DNA of 63,818 nt, the filler included. It is 18 parts of 18 records of this genome, joined end to end, with 100 filler letters (N's around TTAATTAATTAA, not from the genome) between each part and the next. Parts side by side here need not be neighbours in the genome. Positions count along the whole stretch, not along the records: positions 24,851 to 27,269 come from SRR16133337_96216; positions 27,370 to 29,857 come from SRR16133337_96412; positions 29,958 to 33,308 come from SRR16133337_96826; positions 33,409 to 36,367 come from SRR16133337_96840; 14 more parts are not named here. One strand, 5' to 3'. The notes under the pieces were generated by a model, which was given only the letters and a program-made list of their open reading frames with translations, was not told the DNA's origin and ran no database searches. The position numbers were made by a program, and so were the translations under genes. Shown here one piece after another: positions 24,861-35,378 of this stretch. Every line of letters starts with the position of its first letter. The stretch's first letter is position 1.

Positions 24861-25361
24861 GTGGAAGAACATACCTATTTCTATCCAGCTGAATGGAAAT
24901 TCTCTCAACCAATTAGATACGAATTAAGAGTATTGGATCGATTTCCCTTGGATATGGAAATAAGGGGTATGAAGTCTCCACCAGTCGGAGTGTCTATTGA
25001 TTTAGGTAATGAATCCACTGTTGCATCTCCATCTGTTAACCCTCTTCATATTATTCTTCCTCTTTTAGGGGTATCCGTAGTTGCCGCTATTGTTGTTAAG
25101 GTCAAGCAAAAGATGACGTCAGGTCAGCTAGACAATGTACCTCAGAGATCTCAAGGGGAAGGGGTTGAATACGAAGATAATATAGCTTCTACCACAGAAT
25201 CAGGATCGGACAGCGGGTTGACACTCGAACCAGAAAACGGAGCAGTTGACGAAGTAGGAATAGAAATGCAACCTCTACCAGGAGGCGAAAACGGTGCATA
25301 CGAAAGTGTTAGAGTAGTTATAAGTGAGGAGAAATGTGATGATATTAATCCTATTCCATAA
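24861..25361 (+). CDS. Orphan single-pass membrane protein C-terminus (5' partial)
   Basis: 166-aa frame near the contig edge. Hydrophobic IILPLLGVSVVAAIVV, then KVKQK, then an acidic tail with YEDN and YESV. Confidence 0.65.
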   Translation: MEEHTYFYPAEWKFSQPIRYELRVLDRFPLDMEIRGMKSPPVGVSIDLGNESTVASPSVNPLHIILPLLGVSVVAAIVVKVKQKMTSGQLDNVPQRSQGEGVEYEDNIASTTESGSDSGLTLEPENGAVDEVGIEMQPLPGGENGAYESVRVVISEEKCDDINPIP

Positions 25362-25524
25362 TTTCATATAAAATTAAAGCTCAAGGAAAAATAACTAAAA
25401 AATTTGTAACGAATCCGTCTGTTTAAACATCTGATAATTAAATTTTTATACTTTTTAAAAATAATTTTAATCTCGTAACGTATAGTGATTACCAACGTGT
25501 CTATCTCATCAGGAGTATAAGACA

Positions 25525-25673
25525 ATAAAAGATTTTGGCATATCTTTTGGTGTAGAATTACCGATAGGAAAAGGTTTGTCGGATTTGGGTATGATAAGAA
25601 AGCAGAGATAACTTCGGAATTAATTGAAGAAAAATATTTTAATGTTAAATTAAGTTTGTCTCTAAAAGTTTAA
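25525..25673 (+). pseudogene. Decayed 3' remnant of a Flavobacteriaceae outer-membrane beta-barrel gene
   Basis: IKDFGISFGVELPIGKGLS and LIEEKYFNVKLSLSL, broken by a stop, resemble the C-terminus of the OMP that I recall preceding this TPR gene (recognised from memory). Confidence 0.55.
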
Positions 25674-25710
25674 TACCTGACAAAAATTAGATTCTCGTTT
25701 CTAAATTTAA

Positions 25711-25734
25711 GGGTTTCTAACTGGGCGGAGTATA
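25711..25734 (-). repeat. Dispersed bacterial repeat copy (best consensus match)
   Basis: TATACTCCGCCCAGTTAGAAACCC on the minus strand. Confidence 0.85.
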
Positions 25735-25745
25735 CCTTCCTATCA

Positions 25746-25778
25746 AGACCTCACCTGTTTTTAAAACAGGTGAGGTCT
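25746..25778. repeat. REP-like perfect palindrome
   Basis: AGACCTCACCTGTTTT-T-AAAACAGGTGAGGTCT with 16-bp arms; same architecture as Bacteroidota ACCT...TTTTAAAA...AGGT REP elements. Confidence 0.75.
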
Positions 25779-25852
25779 GCAAATCTTAAATTATTTATCA
25801 AATGGAGTATAAAAAAATAGATTCACTATATAAATATTATAAAACAAGGAAT

Positions 25853-27217
25853 ATGAGGAAATTAACACTTTTAATAGTAGGTTTGTTTTTTAGTTATTAT
25901 ATGGCAACTGCACAAGAAACGAATCAAGAAACCAATCAAGAAGCCATGATTAAATATAATCTTTTTAAAGGAGATTATGAATCAAAAAATTATTCGAGAG
26001 CTTATGAAAATTGGCTTTGGTGTTTGGATAATAGTCCAAAGCTATCCGTAAATATTTATAAATTAGGAATTAAGATTGCTATGGATCGGTTGGAAAATGC
26101 TTCTGAAACAGAAAAGCCAGCTGCCATCGCATTGGTAAGAAGAGTCTATGATCAAAGAATTGAATTATACCCAAAAGGCTTAGCAAATGTATATAGTGAT
26201 TATGCCGATTTCTTAAATGAAAATGGATTTCCAGAGGAGGAGGTATTTAGGATGCTAGAAAAATCATATCATATCAATCCTGCTAAAATGGGGGTAAAAT
26301 CAATTTATAGATATTTTCAATTTATTACCTATAAAAACAAAGAGAACAATGTTCAACTTATTTTTGATACCTATGATGTGCTTTTAAAAGCGGTAAAAGA
26401 TAAATTGAACTACTATTCTACTAAATTAGATGGCTATTCTATAAAGGAAGAAAAAGGAATTTTATTGACTTCGAAAGAAAAATCTTTGAAAAAAGCCTAT
26501 GAAAATAATTCTAAAGCCATTGGTCAAGTAGAAGGAGGGTTGGATAAAATGATTATCAATCTTTCTACATGCGAAAGATTGATTCCTTTGTATACTAGAG
26601 ATTTTGAAGCAAATAGAAATAACGGAGCTTGGTTAAAAAGTGCTGTTTCTAGAATGTATAAAAAAGAATGTACTGATGATCCTTTATACGATCAATTAGT
26701 AGAAGCATATGTTGTAGCGAAACCTTCTCCAGAAGCTTCCGTATTTTATGCTGGAATTTTGTTGAAAAACAATGATTTTAACAAGGCAAAAGAATATTTT
26801 GAAAAAGCGGTAGAACAAGAAACAGATGTGTTTAAAAAAGCAGAGTCTTTATATAAAATTGCTCAGATTATGCGAAAGAAAGGTCGTAAAACAGAAGCTA
26901 GAAGTTACGCAAGAAAAGCGATAAAAAATAAAAGAAGTATGGGAGAAGCCTATTTGTTGATTGCCAGTTTGTACGCTTCTAGTGCCAATACATGTGGTAC
27001 TTCTGAATTTGAAAAGAAAATGGTGTATGTAGCTGCTTTGAAGATGGTAAATAAAGCAATAGCCGTAGATCCTGTCAATAGAAAAACTGCGAAAAAATAC
27101 AGTAAAAGTTATGCCTCTTCAATCCCTTCAAAAAAATTAATTTTTACAGAAGGATTGAATTCTGGAGATCCTTTTAAAATTGGTTGTTGGATTGGTGAAA
27201 CGGTGAAAATTCCTTAA
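25853..27217 (+). CDS. Secreted tetratricopeptide-repeat protein (conserved Flavobacteriaceae family)
   Basis: Signal peptide MRKLTLLIVGLFFSYYMATAQ (start preferred over 25802), helical TPR-like repeats, AYLLIASLYASSANTCG and C-terminal IGCWIGETVKIP. Confidence 0.85.
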   Translation: MRKLTLLIVGLFFSYYMATAQETNQETNQEAMIKYNLFKGDYESKNYSRAYENWLWCLDNSPKLSVNIYKLGIKIAMDRLENASETEKPAAIALVRRVYDQRIELYPKGLANVYSDYADFLNENGFPEEEVFRMLEKSYHINPAKMGVKSIYRYFQFITYKNKENNVQLIFDTYDVLLKAVKDKLNYYSTKLDGYSIKEEKGILLTSKEKSLKKAYENNSKAIGQVEGGLDKMIINLSTCERLIPLYTRDFEANRNNGAWLKSAVSRMYKKECTDDPLYDQLVEAYVVAKPSPEASVFYAGILLKNNDFNKAKEYFEKAVEQETDVFKKAESLYKIAQIMRKKGRKTEARSYARKAIKNKRSMGEAYLLIASLYASSANTCGTSEFEKKMVYVAALKMVNKAIAVDPVNRKTAKKYSKSYASSIPSKKLIFTEGLNSGDPFKIGCWIGETVKIP

Positions 27218-28481
27218 TTTTAAGAAAGGAATTCATCATTGGTTTCAAATTTTAACGAAGTTAGCGACANNNNNNNNNNNNNNNNNNNNNNNNNNNNNNN
27301 NNNNNNNNNNNNNTTAATTAATTAANNNNNNNNNNNNNNNNNNNNNNNNNNNNNNNNNNNNNNNNNNNNTAAAAGTAAAATGAAACGCCTAATATATTTC
27401 AAAAACACAGAAAGCATTGCGTGTTAATTTGTTTTTGGAGATACTCTAAGTTATTAGGTTACTAAATTAGAATATGAAAACCACAACAGAGTTTTGTTTG
27501 AGTTATTTTTTCGTAGATGGGCACACTTCAAAATGTTCTATCAAACTCCTTTCCTCAAACCCCTGCGCACAACACTCCCTTGTTTTGCATATTTGAGGTT
27601 GGATTACTCTTCTGTCTGTGTAATTCTTAGAATATCAAGTTTCGTGTTGTGGCCTCATGTTGATCAAAAATGGTTCTGAATAACAAAAAAAATATGAATT
27701 TGGTTTGGAACCTAGGGAACAAAATTGTTGTATTAAATAGAAAATGAGAAATAGGGATGACATTGAAATCAAACAAAATAATATTTTTCATGAAACCACC
27801 ATGAACGTCCCTGTATAAATCTTAGTTGGAATATACATACGACAATTTCGTAGTAATCGTAAAAACTGCTAATTGCGAATCTAAAAACACTTACAGCATT
27901 GGATGTCCGGATGGGTTCTGCAAAAAAATACATCCAATGCATTTGGCTGTGAAATATTTGAAAACGTGAACCGCGAAAAAATTTATAGCGTCGCAGAATT
28001 TTTCAAGATATTACAAAAATCTTGACAAAATCCAAAAAACATCTATCCAAAAAAATAATAGCGTATATATTTCATAGACCCTCCAAAATTTATTGTTTTT
28101 ACGGCAAGGTGTTTACCAATGCTACTTTAGTGCAAAATTTATGTGCTTTTGGATATTTCCAACAAAACGTTTGTGCGGGGGTGTGGTGGCGACGTTCAAC
28201 TTTTCGTGTTTACATGACCAATAGAAGTGAAAAACTAAATTCATTTACTCAATGTGTTCCAATTTGTAACGTAACTGTAAAGCAAACAAGATGTAGTATG
28301 GCGAATTTCACTTGAAGTTGTACATTTTACAATGTGGACAAATACAGATTTTTGTTTGTTTTCTTGATAAATGTTACGTTGGTGCCTTCATTGTAAATTT
28401 GTTTTACAGTATAAAAAACTGTAATCTTTTGCATCTTTCTTATTTTTTGAAACGTCGTTTTACTTTGCGTTGCTATTTTAG

Positions 28482-28581
28482 AATTATTTAATGAAACACG
28501 GTGCGATGCCTGAGAAAGAAAAGTCAATAGAAGTATACACTGCGAAAGATTATCTCAGTGGAAGGAAGCACAAGAACTTTT
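28482..28581 (+). CDS. Possible eukaryotic exon, ankyrin-like
   Basis: tattttAG|NYLMKHGAMPEKEKSIEVYTAKDYLSGRKHKNF|GTGAGT. An upstream candidate exon near 27897-27965 reads HPMHLAVKY. The two do not join directly in phase. Confidence 0.3.
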
Positions 28582-30364
28582 GTGAGTATTCACAAATAAT
28601 TTTGCATTTTTTTCAAAATTCCGTGTATCGGCTCGGACTGTCCATGTGCCAATGAGTAACCCCACTCCACCCCACCACACTCACCACCCACACACCATAA
28701 CCACACCACCCACTTACAACACAACTCCATGCCACACTCCACCAACATTCCAATCGTACCGTCCATAAAATGTTTTTGTTTTCAAATTTGAAAAGAGGAT
28801 TTGAGAGTGGGATTGTGTGGGGTGATGTGTGTTGTCCAAATATACTTTAAGGTAAGGGGCTATCTACAGATTTTTTTATCTAATTCTCGGTCGTGAATTG
28901 GTTTTATTGCATAAACAATAAATGAAAATCGAAATAAAAATGCGTTCTAGGATTTTTCACATTCAAATGTGACAAATTTGTGTTAAAACCTTTTAGAACA
29001 TTTGTCTGTTTCATCTTTCACGCATGCACTGATTAGAGCAATAAAAAACGTCGCTTTCTTTACGAGGTGATATTTCGTTTCAGGAAATTTCCACGCTCAA
29101 TTTTGTGGAAATATTGCATAATCAAACGAACGTGTATTTTCGCTTATTTTTCATACTAATTAACCAAACGGAAAACGTTTTGCAGCGCAAAATATTTCTT
29201 TTAAAAAATAATTATGTAGCTATTTTCCGTTTGTGGAGAAGTTATTTCTGTACTAGGAAATCTTGAAGAGCTTTTAAATCATACAATGATTGTTTCGAAT
29301 GAAAAGTGACGAAGGACATTTGTTCAAAACATGATGGTCCATGCGAAATGCTTTTAAAATTTTTTTTGGTGTTTTGGACATGTGGATATGAAATTACCAC
29401 CTCTCTCTCTCTCTATTTATGGACGTATAAAAGTCGATTTAAAAAACAAAAGAACAGTTTTTGGAAGTATAATATGTCCTCGCATTACATTTTTGGCTTT
29501 TTTTTTAAGTATGTGTTTTAATTCAGTTTGTTGCATATTCTAACTTAGTGATGCACGAATTAACGCACGCCTATCACGATTATCTTGGTGCTATCCCAAG
29601 TCTCGAATATGCGTATTTGAAGGCAAAAAATAGTAAAAAATATCGCCATGTGAAAAAAATGGTCAATGGAGAATCCAGTAAGTTGTGACAACACACTCGT
29701 TTTTAAATACAAACCAAATCAATAAATTTATCACGCTCTTCACTCTTCCAAGAGATTTTTTCAAAAACCGAGTGGGACAAAGGATTGATGGAGAACGAAA
29801 TGGATTATTTCGAAAAAGTACAGTCACAAAATTTTACTTTCAAAAATGTGAAGAAAANNNNNNNNNNNNNNNNNNNNNNNNNNNNNNNNNNNNNNNNNNN
29901 NTTAATTAATTAANNNNNNNNNNNNNNNNNNNNNNNNNNNNNNNNNNNNNNNNNNNNAAGGGTCCAGGTCTAGTACCTTAACTTAAGGTCTGGCTCTGTC
30001 TAAGAAAACTAACAATCTGATATCTTGTGTATTCTAGTACACGAGAGATTACATTACTTTCACATTTTTCTATAACTTTTTTTATTTTTTTTCGTGCAAT
30101 TTTTATTTTTTTTTTGTAGTTTTCGCTGCTGTTTTTTTGCTTTGTTTTTTAAACAAACGATTTATGAAATACCGCAAAATAAAATGTTTGCAATCGATTT
30201 TTTCATCCGCTATATCATTCCTGGGGAACGGAGTTGGTGCATATCAGGTTCTGCCGAGAGGGCTGTTGCCTTTTTGAGAGGGTGAGTGGACAAGCCCAGC
30301 TGACAGGGAAGCGGACTAGCCTCATGCGGCGGTTGCAGGATTGACACCTTGGAAATTAGTGGGT

Positions 30365-30533
30365 GGAGCAGAGCGGATCCAGCCGGGTCAGGAGGTAGTC
30401 ATCCACAATAATATCTTTTTTTTTTGGTTGATATTTATTGTAGAATTCATTGATACACTGATCAAAATATTCATTTGTTTCTGTCGTCTTTTTGACCTGG
30501 CTAGATCCGCCCTGCTCCTCCTGTCCCGGCTGG
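30365..30533. other. GC-rich inverted-repeat element with alternative helices (candidate structured RNA or mobile-element part)
   Basis: 30365-30390 is complementary to 30493-30518 (23/26), and 30379-30395 is complementary to 30517-30533 (16/17). Confidence 0.55.
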
Positions 30534-32249
30534 GAGTAACATCCATTCAAAAATGATTGAGCAAAAATATGTTTTGATGCCGCTGTGATAGAAGCAGAGA
30601 AACAAAAATTGTTAATTAGGAATTTTGTAGGAATAGATTTTGGTGGGTAGAATATACTCGCGCTGTTGCCGTACACCCGAACTAATTATTTGAACCGATT
30701 GTTTTATAGCTACTAGTAGTATCTCCACTGCTCTGCACTTAATTATGGGATTGTAAGGGAGAAAAGTTAAGTTTGCCAATGGCTTGTTAATTAATATGTA
30801 GGGCCAATGTTTCAACACGGAAGAGATGAGTCTGGAAGACTAGTCTTCCGCCATAGAGGTCCAACACGCTAAACGCCTCTAAAATAGTATTAGAGTGGAT
30901 TACTAAAATCAAAATTTCACAAAAGTAAAAAAGAACAGAAACTACTCGTATGTTAATTGGTCACATTTTGTGAAATCCTCTGTAAAAAAAAATCAAAATG
31001 GTTGGAATCAATCTCAAAAATTACAACGTTTGCAAAATACACGTATTAAATTTTGCGGTGTGACCCTTTATTTTCAATTTCTAAGATTAGGGTTGGGCTA
31101 CCCTCTCTTTCTTAAAATAACTCGAGCTCTGCAAAAAATCCCATCGCTTGAAATATCACCACATGGCCAAAAACTATACACATTTGGACATTTCTTTGTT
31201 TGTTTAAGAACGTGTCTGCGGCAAAGTATTCTAAAAATAAACAAACTTCTAGAATGGGGTGTCAACAAAGACGTGAGTTTTTATAATGCTGTTTTCGTAA
31301 TAACAATTCACTTTCAAATTCACGATTTTGGTTTTTCATGTTCAAAACATTTTCATGCGCACTGCACCCCCACCCCACTCCCACACAATTTGAAGGACAA
31401 CTAACAACTCTTGCAACTATAAAATTTGTATGTTTGCTTCTCTATTTTTGGTGGTGGTTCAAAGTTTTTGATTCGTGTTTTTAAAATGTCATTTGACACA
31501 TATGGCGAATTTCACCCCCAAAATACTATTGACATCTCTCGACCATCTCTACTTTATATTTTCGTTGTGAAATTTTCAAAAAGTAGAGATAGTCGGCAGA
31601 ATTTTTAGGAAGGGAGATAACTCAGAAATTCTGACACTATTCTTTGTAATAGCATTTTAGTCAGTTCTTTTGTTGCTTTGGCTTTGTTTGAAAAAGTTTG
31701 TGGAATATTTCACAATTAAAATATGACAAAATCCCGGGACGAATTTTTCAGCTTCCACCGCTTTTTTTCAAACGAGCCGGGAACATGAAAACGCCGAAAA
31801 ATTGTAGAAAACGTTATTTTATTGAGATTTTGCTTTTCATAAGAATTCAAAAAACTTGTTGGTTGTTGGCCCTATTTTTTATTTTTTTTCAGGTGCGAAA
31901 AAAAAGCACAACAACATGTAACAGCACGCTACAAAGGCACAATTCTTCGCGAATAATGTCTAACTGATCCCGGCGCCTTTCTCTTGTGGTGTGATGTGCG
32001 AAAAATGACACATGTACCACAAGTAACTTGCCGTGTGTATGTTTTCAATGAGAAAAATGAATTTACTACATGAAATGAAAAACAATATGAAACTCGGGAA
32101 TCCAAAATGTGCCTTCTACCACATCGATACATGCACCAAATAGTCGTTTTTGGGGTGACACAAGCCAATATCACACGAACGACAAAAAACCAAAAACATT
32201 TTTAAAAAGAAACTATCCGCAAAAAAGTAAACTCAAAAGCTTTTTCAAC

Positions 32250-32454
32250 ATGAACATATTTTTTTATTGGCCAATTTTTGTTTTTCTGGTGCAAATTATA
32301 ACGTGTGGGGAGGTACCGTCGCTTCCACGCATGAAAACGAACATGAAAGTCGCTTATTTTGGTGATAATTGGAACGGGCGTGAGGACGATGCCCGAGAAG
32401 TACTAAGATTAGTGAATTCTGAGCTTGAACGCGGAGATATGATTGTACACACAG
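32250..32454 (+). CDS. First exon of a secreted calcineurin-like metallophosphoesterase (eukaryotic)
   Basis: Signal peptide MNIFFYWPIFVFLVQIITCG, motif I KVAYFGD and motif II DMIVHTG(D), split by donor ACA G|GTACAG. Confidence 0.6.
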
Positions 32455-33463
32455 GTACAGCACTTGTAGTAGCAAAACAAGAGATACAGGCGAAAAAGAG
32501 CCTTTTCATTGTGTGTTTTAGTGAAAAAATTAACCGTGTTTGTCAAACACACATGATTGGAGTTGCGGCACATTCGTACAGCAAAATTTGACAAAGTAGG
32601 TGTAGAGCTTCGCCCCGCGGATGTTCAAAAAAATTTCGGAGAACATTTTTTTTTTGTGGTGAGTTTGAGCGAATGTTTGGATGTCTGTGGTTGCGAAAAA
32701 CACCCCTTGCCCCTTATTATCCCACCCAAACTTCCTTTTGAAAAATTTGCGAAACTGTTGGTTTTATCAGTAAATTTGGAACCGAAGTGCAATTATGGGA
32801 CTGTTATGACTCCGCTTTTTCACCATTTTGTTTTGCGCAGTATTTTCAATGGCGTTGTGTTGGGGGTGTTTCCATTGGAAGAAACAATTTTTAGTGTGTG
32901 ATTGAAAGCTTTTAGCTCCCGCTTTTCATTTTAAAAATAGTGATGGCCCCACTGCGCAGTGCATCTCCTTCCGGCGTTTTTGTTTCTATATTTAACTTTT
33001 GGATTTTATATAATTTGGTATCATGTGCTCCTCTACTTTTCAAATCAATTTGCCGCACTCAACACGGGGGTGAAATACATTGTCATCACAAATTGAGAAT
33101 AAAATGGACCGCGTTTTTCATTTTATTTACTGCATTTTTTTAAAATTTAGTTAGAAATATTGGATAAAACGTATTTCTTCATAAAATATAGAATTTCAAA
33201 TGATATTCATTTTAAATACGAGGCGGCTATTTTCTACACGAGAACATATTATATTCTCAGGTGTTTTGCCTCTTTGGAATGTTTTTCACATTTTCTCGCA
33301 TTTTCAAANNNNNNNNNNNNNNNNNNNNNNNNNNNNNNNNNNNNNNNNNNNNTTAATTAATTAANNNNNNNNNNNNNNNNNNNNNNNNNNNNNNNNNNNN
33401 NNNNNNNNGAAAGCAAAAATTCTTCATTCTTCATTCTTACTTTTCCCTTCTCAAAAACACACT

Positions 33464-34522
33464 TTATACGATTGCTGTTAACAGATCAATGTAAAATTGT
33501 ACGCCTTGTTCTATTTCTTTTAGATAGATAAATTCATCTGCCATATGAGAGCGCAAGGAATCTCCAGGACCTAATTTTAAAGATGGGCAGGTCAATCTCG
33601 ACTGATCTGATAATGTTGGGGAACCATAGGTTTTTTTTCCGAAACGAATTCCAGCCTTAACAATTGGGTGGTTTAGAGCAATTGCTGAGGAATTCAATCG
33701 TAAAGAACGTTCTTTCACTTCGCAGTTGACATTTTTCTTTACAATTTCTAAGACTTCCTTATTGGAGTATTTGTCATTGACCCTAATATCTACTACAAAA
33801 TGAGTAGTTTCGGGAACCACATTGTGTTGAAAACCTGCTTCAATCATTGTAACAGTCATTTTTACTTTTCCTAAAGTTTCCGATACTTTTGGAAATTCAA
33901 AGGACTCAAACCAAGCCAATTCTTTCATCGTTTTATAAATAGACATATTGTCTTTGATATGTGCGGCATGTCCAGTGGCACCTTGTACATAACAATCCAA
34001 TACCAACAATCCTTTTTCTGCTACCGCTAAATCTAAAAGGGTAGGTTCTCCAATGATGGCAAAGTCTATATGGGGGATTTTAGGAAGCATATAAGCAATT
34101 CCATTTTCTCCTGAAGTTTCCTCTTCTGCAGTAATGGCAATTACAAAATTATAGTTTAAATTTTCCTTTTTATAAAAATAGGTAAAAGCAGCTATCAATC
34201 CCACCAAAGATCCACCAGCATCATTCGATCCTAAACCGTATAATTTTCCATTTTCAACATCTGGACTAAAGGGATCTCTTGTATATCCTTGATTTGGTTT
34301 TACCGTATCGTGATGTGAATTTAATAAAAGGGTTGGCTTCCTTTTGTCGAAATAGGTATTAACCGCCCAAATATTGTTGAAATCCCTTTTAAATTTAATC
34401 TTGTGATTTTTAAACCAATTTTCTAGCAACAAAGCGGTTTTTTCTTCTTCACAAGAAAAAGAAGGAGTTTGAATCAACTCTTTCAGGAATACGATGGCTT
34501 CGCTAGTAAGTTGTTCTATCAT
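33464..34522 (-). CDS. argE: M20 metallo-hydrolase, ArgE-type deacylase
   Basis: LLNSHHDTV, GLGSNDAGG, AEEE, IIGEPT and HMADEFI motifs; overlaps the argB stop (ATGA). Confidence 0.88.
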   Translation of the reverse strand: MIEQLTSEAIVFLKELIQTPSFSCEEEKTALLLENWFKNHKIKFKRDFNNIWAVNTYFDKRKPTLLLNSHHDTVKPNQGYTRDPFSPDVENGKLYGLGSNDAGGSLVGLIAAFTYFYKKENLNYNFVIAITAEEETSGENGIAYMLPKIPHIDFAIIGEPTLLDLAVAEKGLLVLDCYVQGATGHAAHIKDNMSIYKTMKELAWFESFEFPKVSETLGKVKMTVTMIEAGFQHNVVPETTHFVVDIRVNDKYSNKEVLEIVKKNVNCEVKERSLRLNSSAIALNHPIVKAGIRFGKKTYGSPTLSDQSRLTCPSLKLGPGDSLRSHMADEFIYLKEIEQGVQFYIDLLTAIV

Positions 34523-35298
34523 AAAGTTAGAGTTGTAAAGGGTTGTTCTTTATTGAGAATTATCGTTGGATTTCCAAGAATCACTTTTGCGACTCCTTTG
34601 TTCAAAGCATCAAAACAATTCTCCATTTTTGGTAACATTCCCTCAGTAATTATTTTTTGCTCTTTTAAAGTGGTGTATTTTTCTGAATTGATGTTCGTAA
34701 TCACAGAATTGTCATCCTCCATAGAAGCCAATACTCCATTTTTTTCAAAGGTATAAACTAAAGACACTTCATACTCATTTACCAACCCGATGGCCAAACT
34801 TCCAGCAATCGTATCTGCATTGGTATTTAATAGTTGCCCTTTTGTATCATGCGTAATCGCACAAAAAACAGGTATCATACCCGCATTTAAAAAAGCCTTG
34901 ATACTTTTTGCATTCACACCATCAATATCCCCTATAAATCCATAATCCATATCCGTCACAATTCTTTTGTGTGCAAAAATACAGTTGGCATCTGCACCCG
35001 AAAGTCCTAAAGCATTACATCCTTTTTTCTGCAAGGATGCGATAATATTTTTATTTAACAAACCGGCATATACCATGGTTACAATTTCCAACGTAGTTTT
35101 ATCTGTAACTCTGCGTCCGTTTATCATTTTAGGGGCTAGACCTAAATCTAAAGCCATTTGAGTGGCACGTTTTCCTCCACCGTGAACTAAGATTTTATTT
35201 CCTTTTAATTTGGAAAAATCACTTAAAAAACTTTGTAGAGTGCCTGAATCGTTGATCACATTTCCACCTACTTTTACAAGGGTTAAAGAGTCTTTCAT
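34519..35298 (-). CDS. argB: Acetylglutamate kinase
   Basis: VKVGG, LVHGGG, GRRVTD, LLNTNADTIA and GMLPKM motifs. Confidence 0.96.
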   Translation of the reverse strand: MKDSLTLVKVGGNVINDSGTLQSFLSDFSKLKGNKILVHGGGKRATQMALDLGLAPKMINGRRVTDKTTLEIVTMVYAGLLNKNIIASLQKKGCNALGLSGADANCIFAHKRIVTDMDYGFIGDIDGVNAKSIKAFLNAGMIPVFCAITHDTKGQLLNTNADTIAGSLAIGLVNEYEVSLVYTFEKNGVLASMEDDNSVITNINSEKYTTLKEQKIITEGMLPKMENCFDALNKGVAKVILGNPTIILNKEQPFTTLTL

Positions 35299-35378
35299 AG
35301 GATTAAATCATATAATTGTTCGTATTTATTTGCCTTTATGTTTATTTTTCTCGATAGATATTCCATCCAACTCACTTT

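Noticed and set aside
30260-30320. SRP (7SL) RNA similarity
   Set aside because: The helix-8 motif and Alu domain could not be built convincingly.
30381-30570. HDV-like ribozyme (CCTCCT...CCCGGCTGG resembles the HDV L3/P1 region)
   Set aside because: P3 has a mismatch and no downstream P2 partner strand was found.
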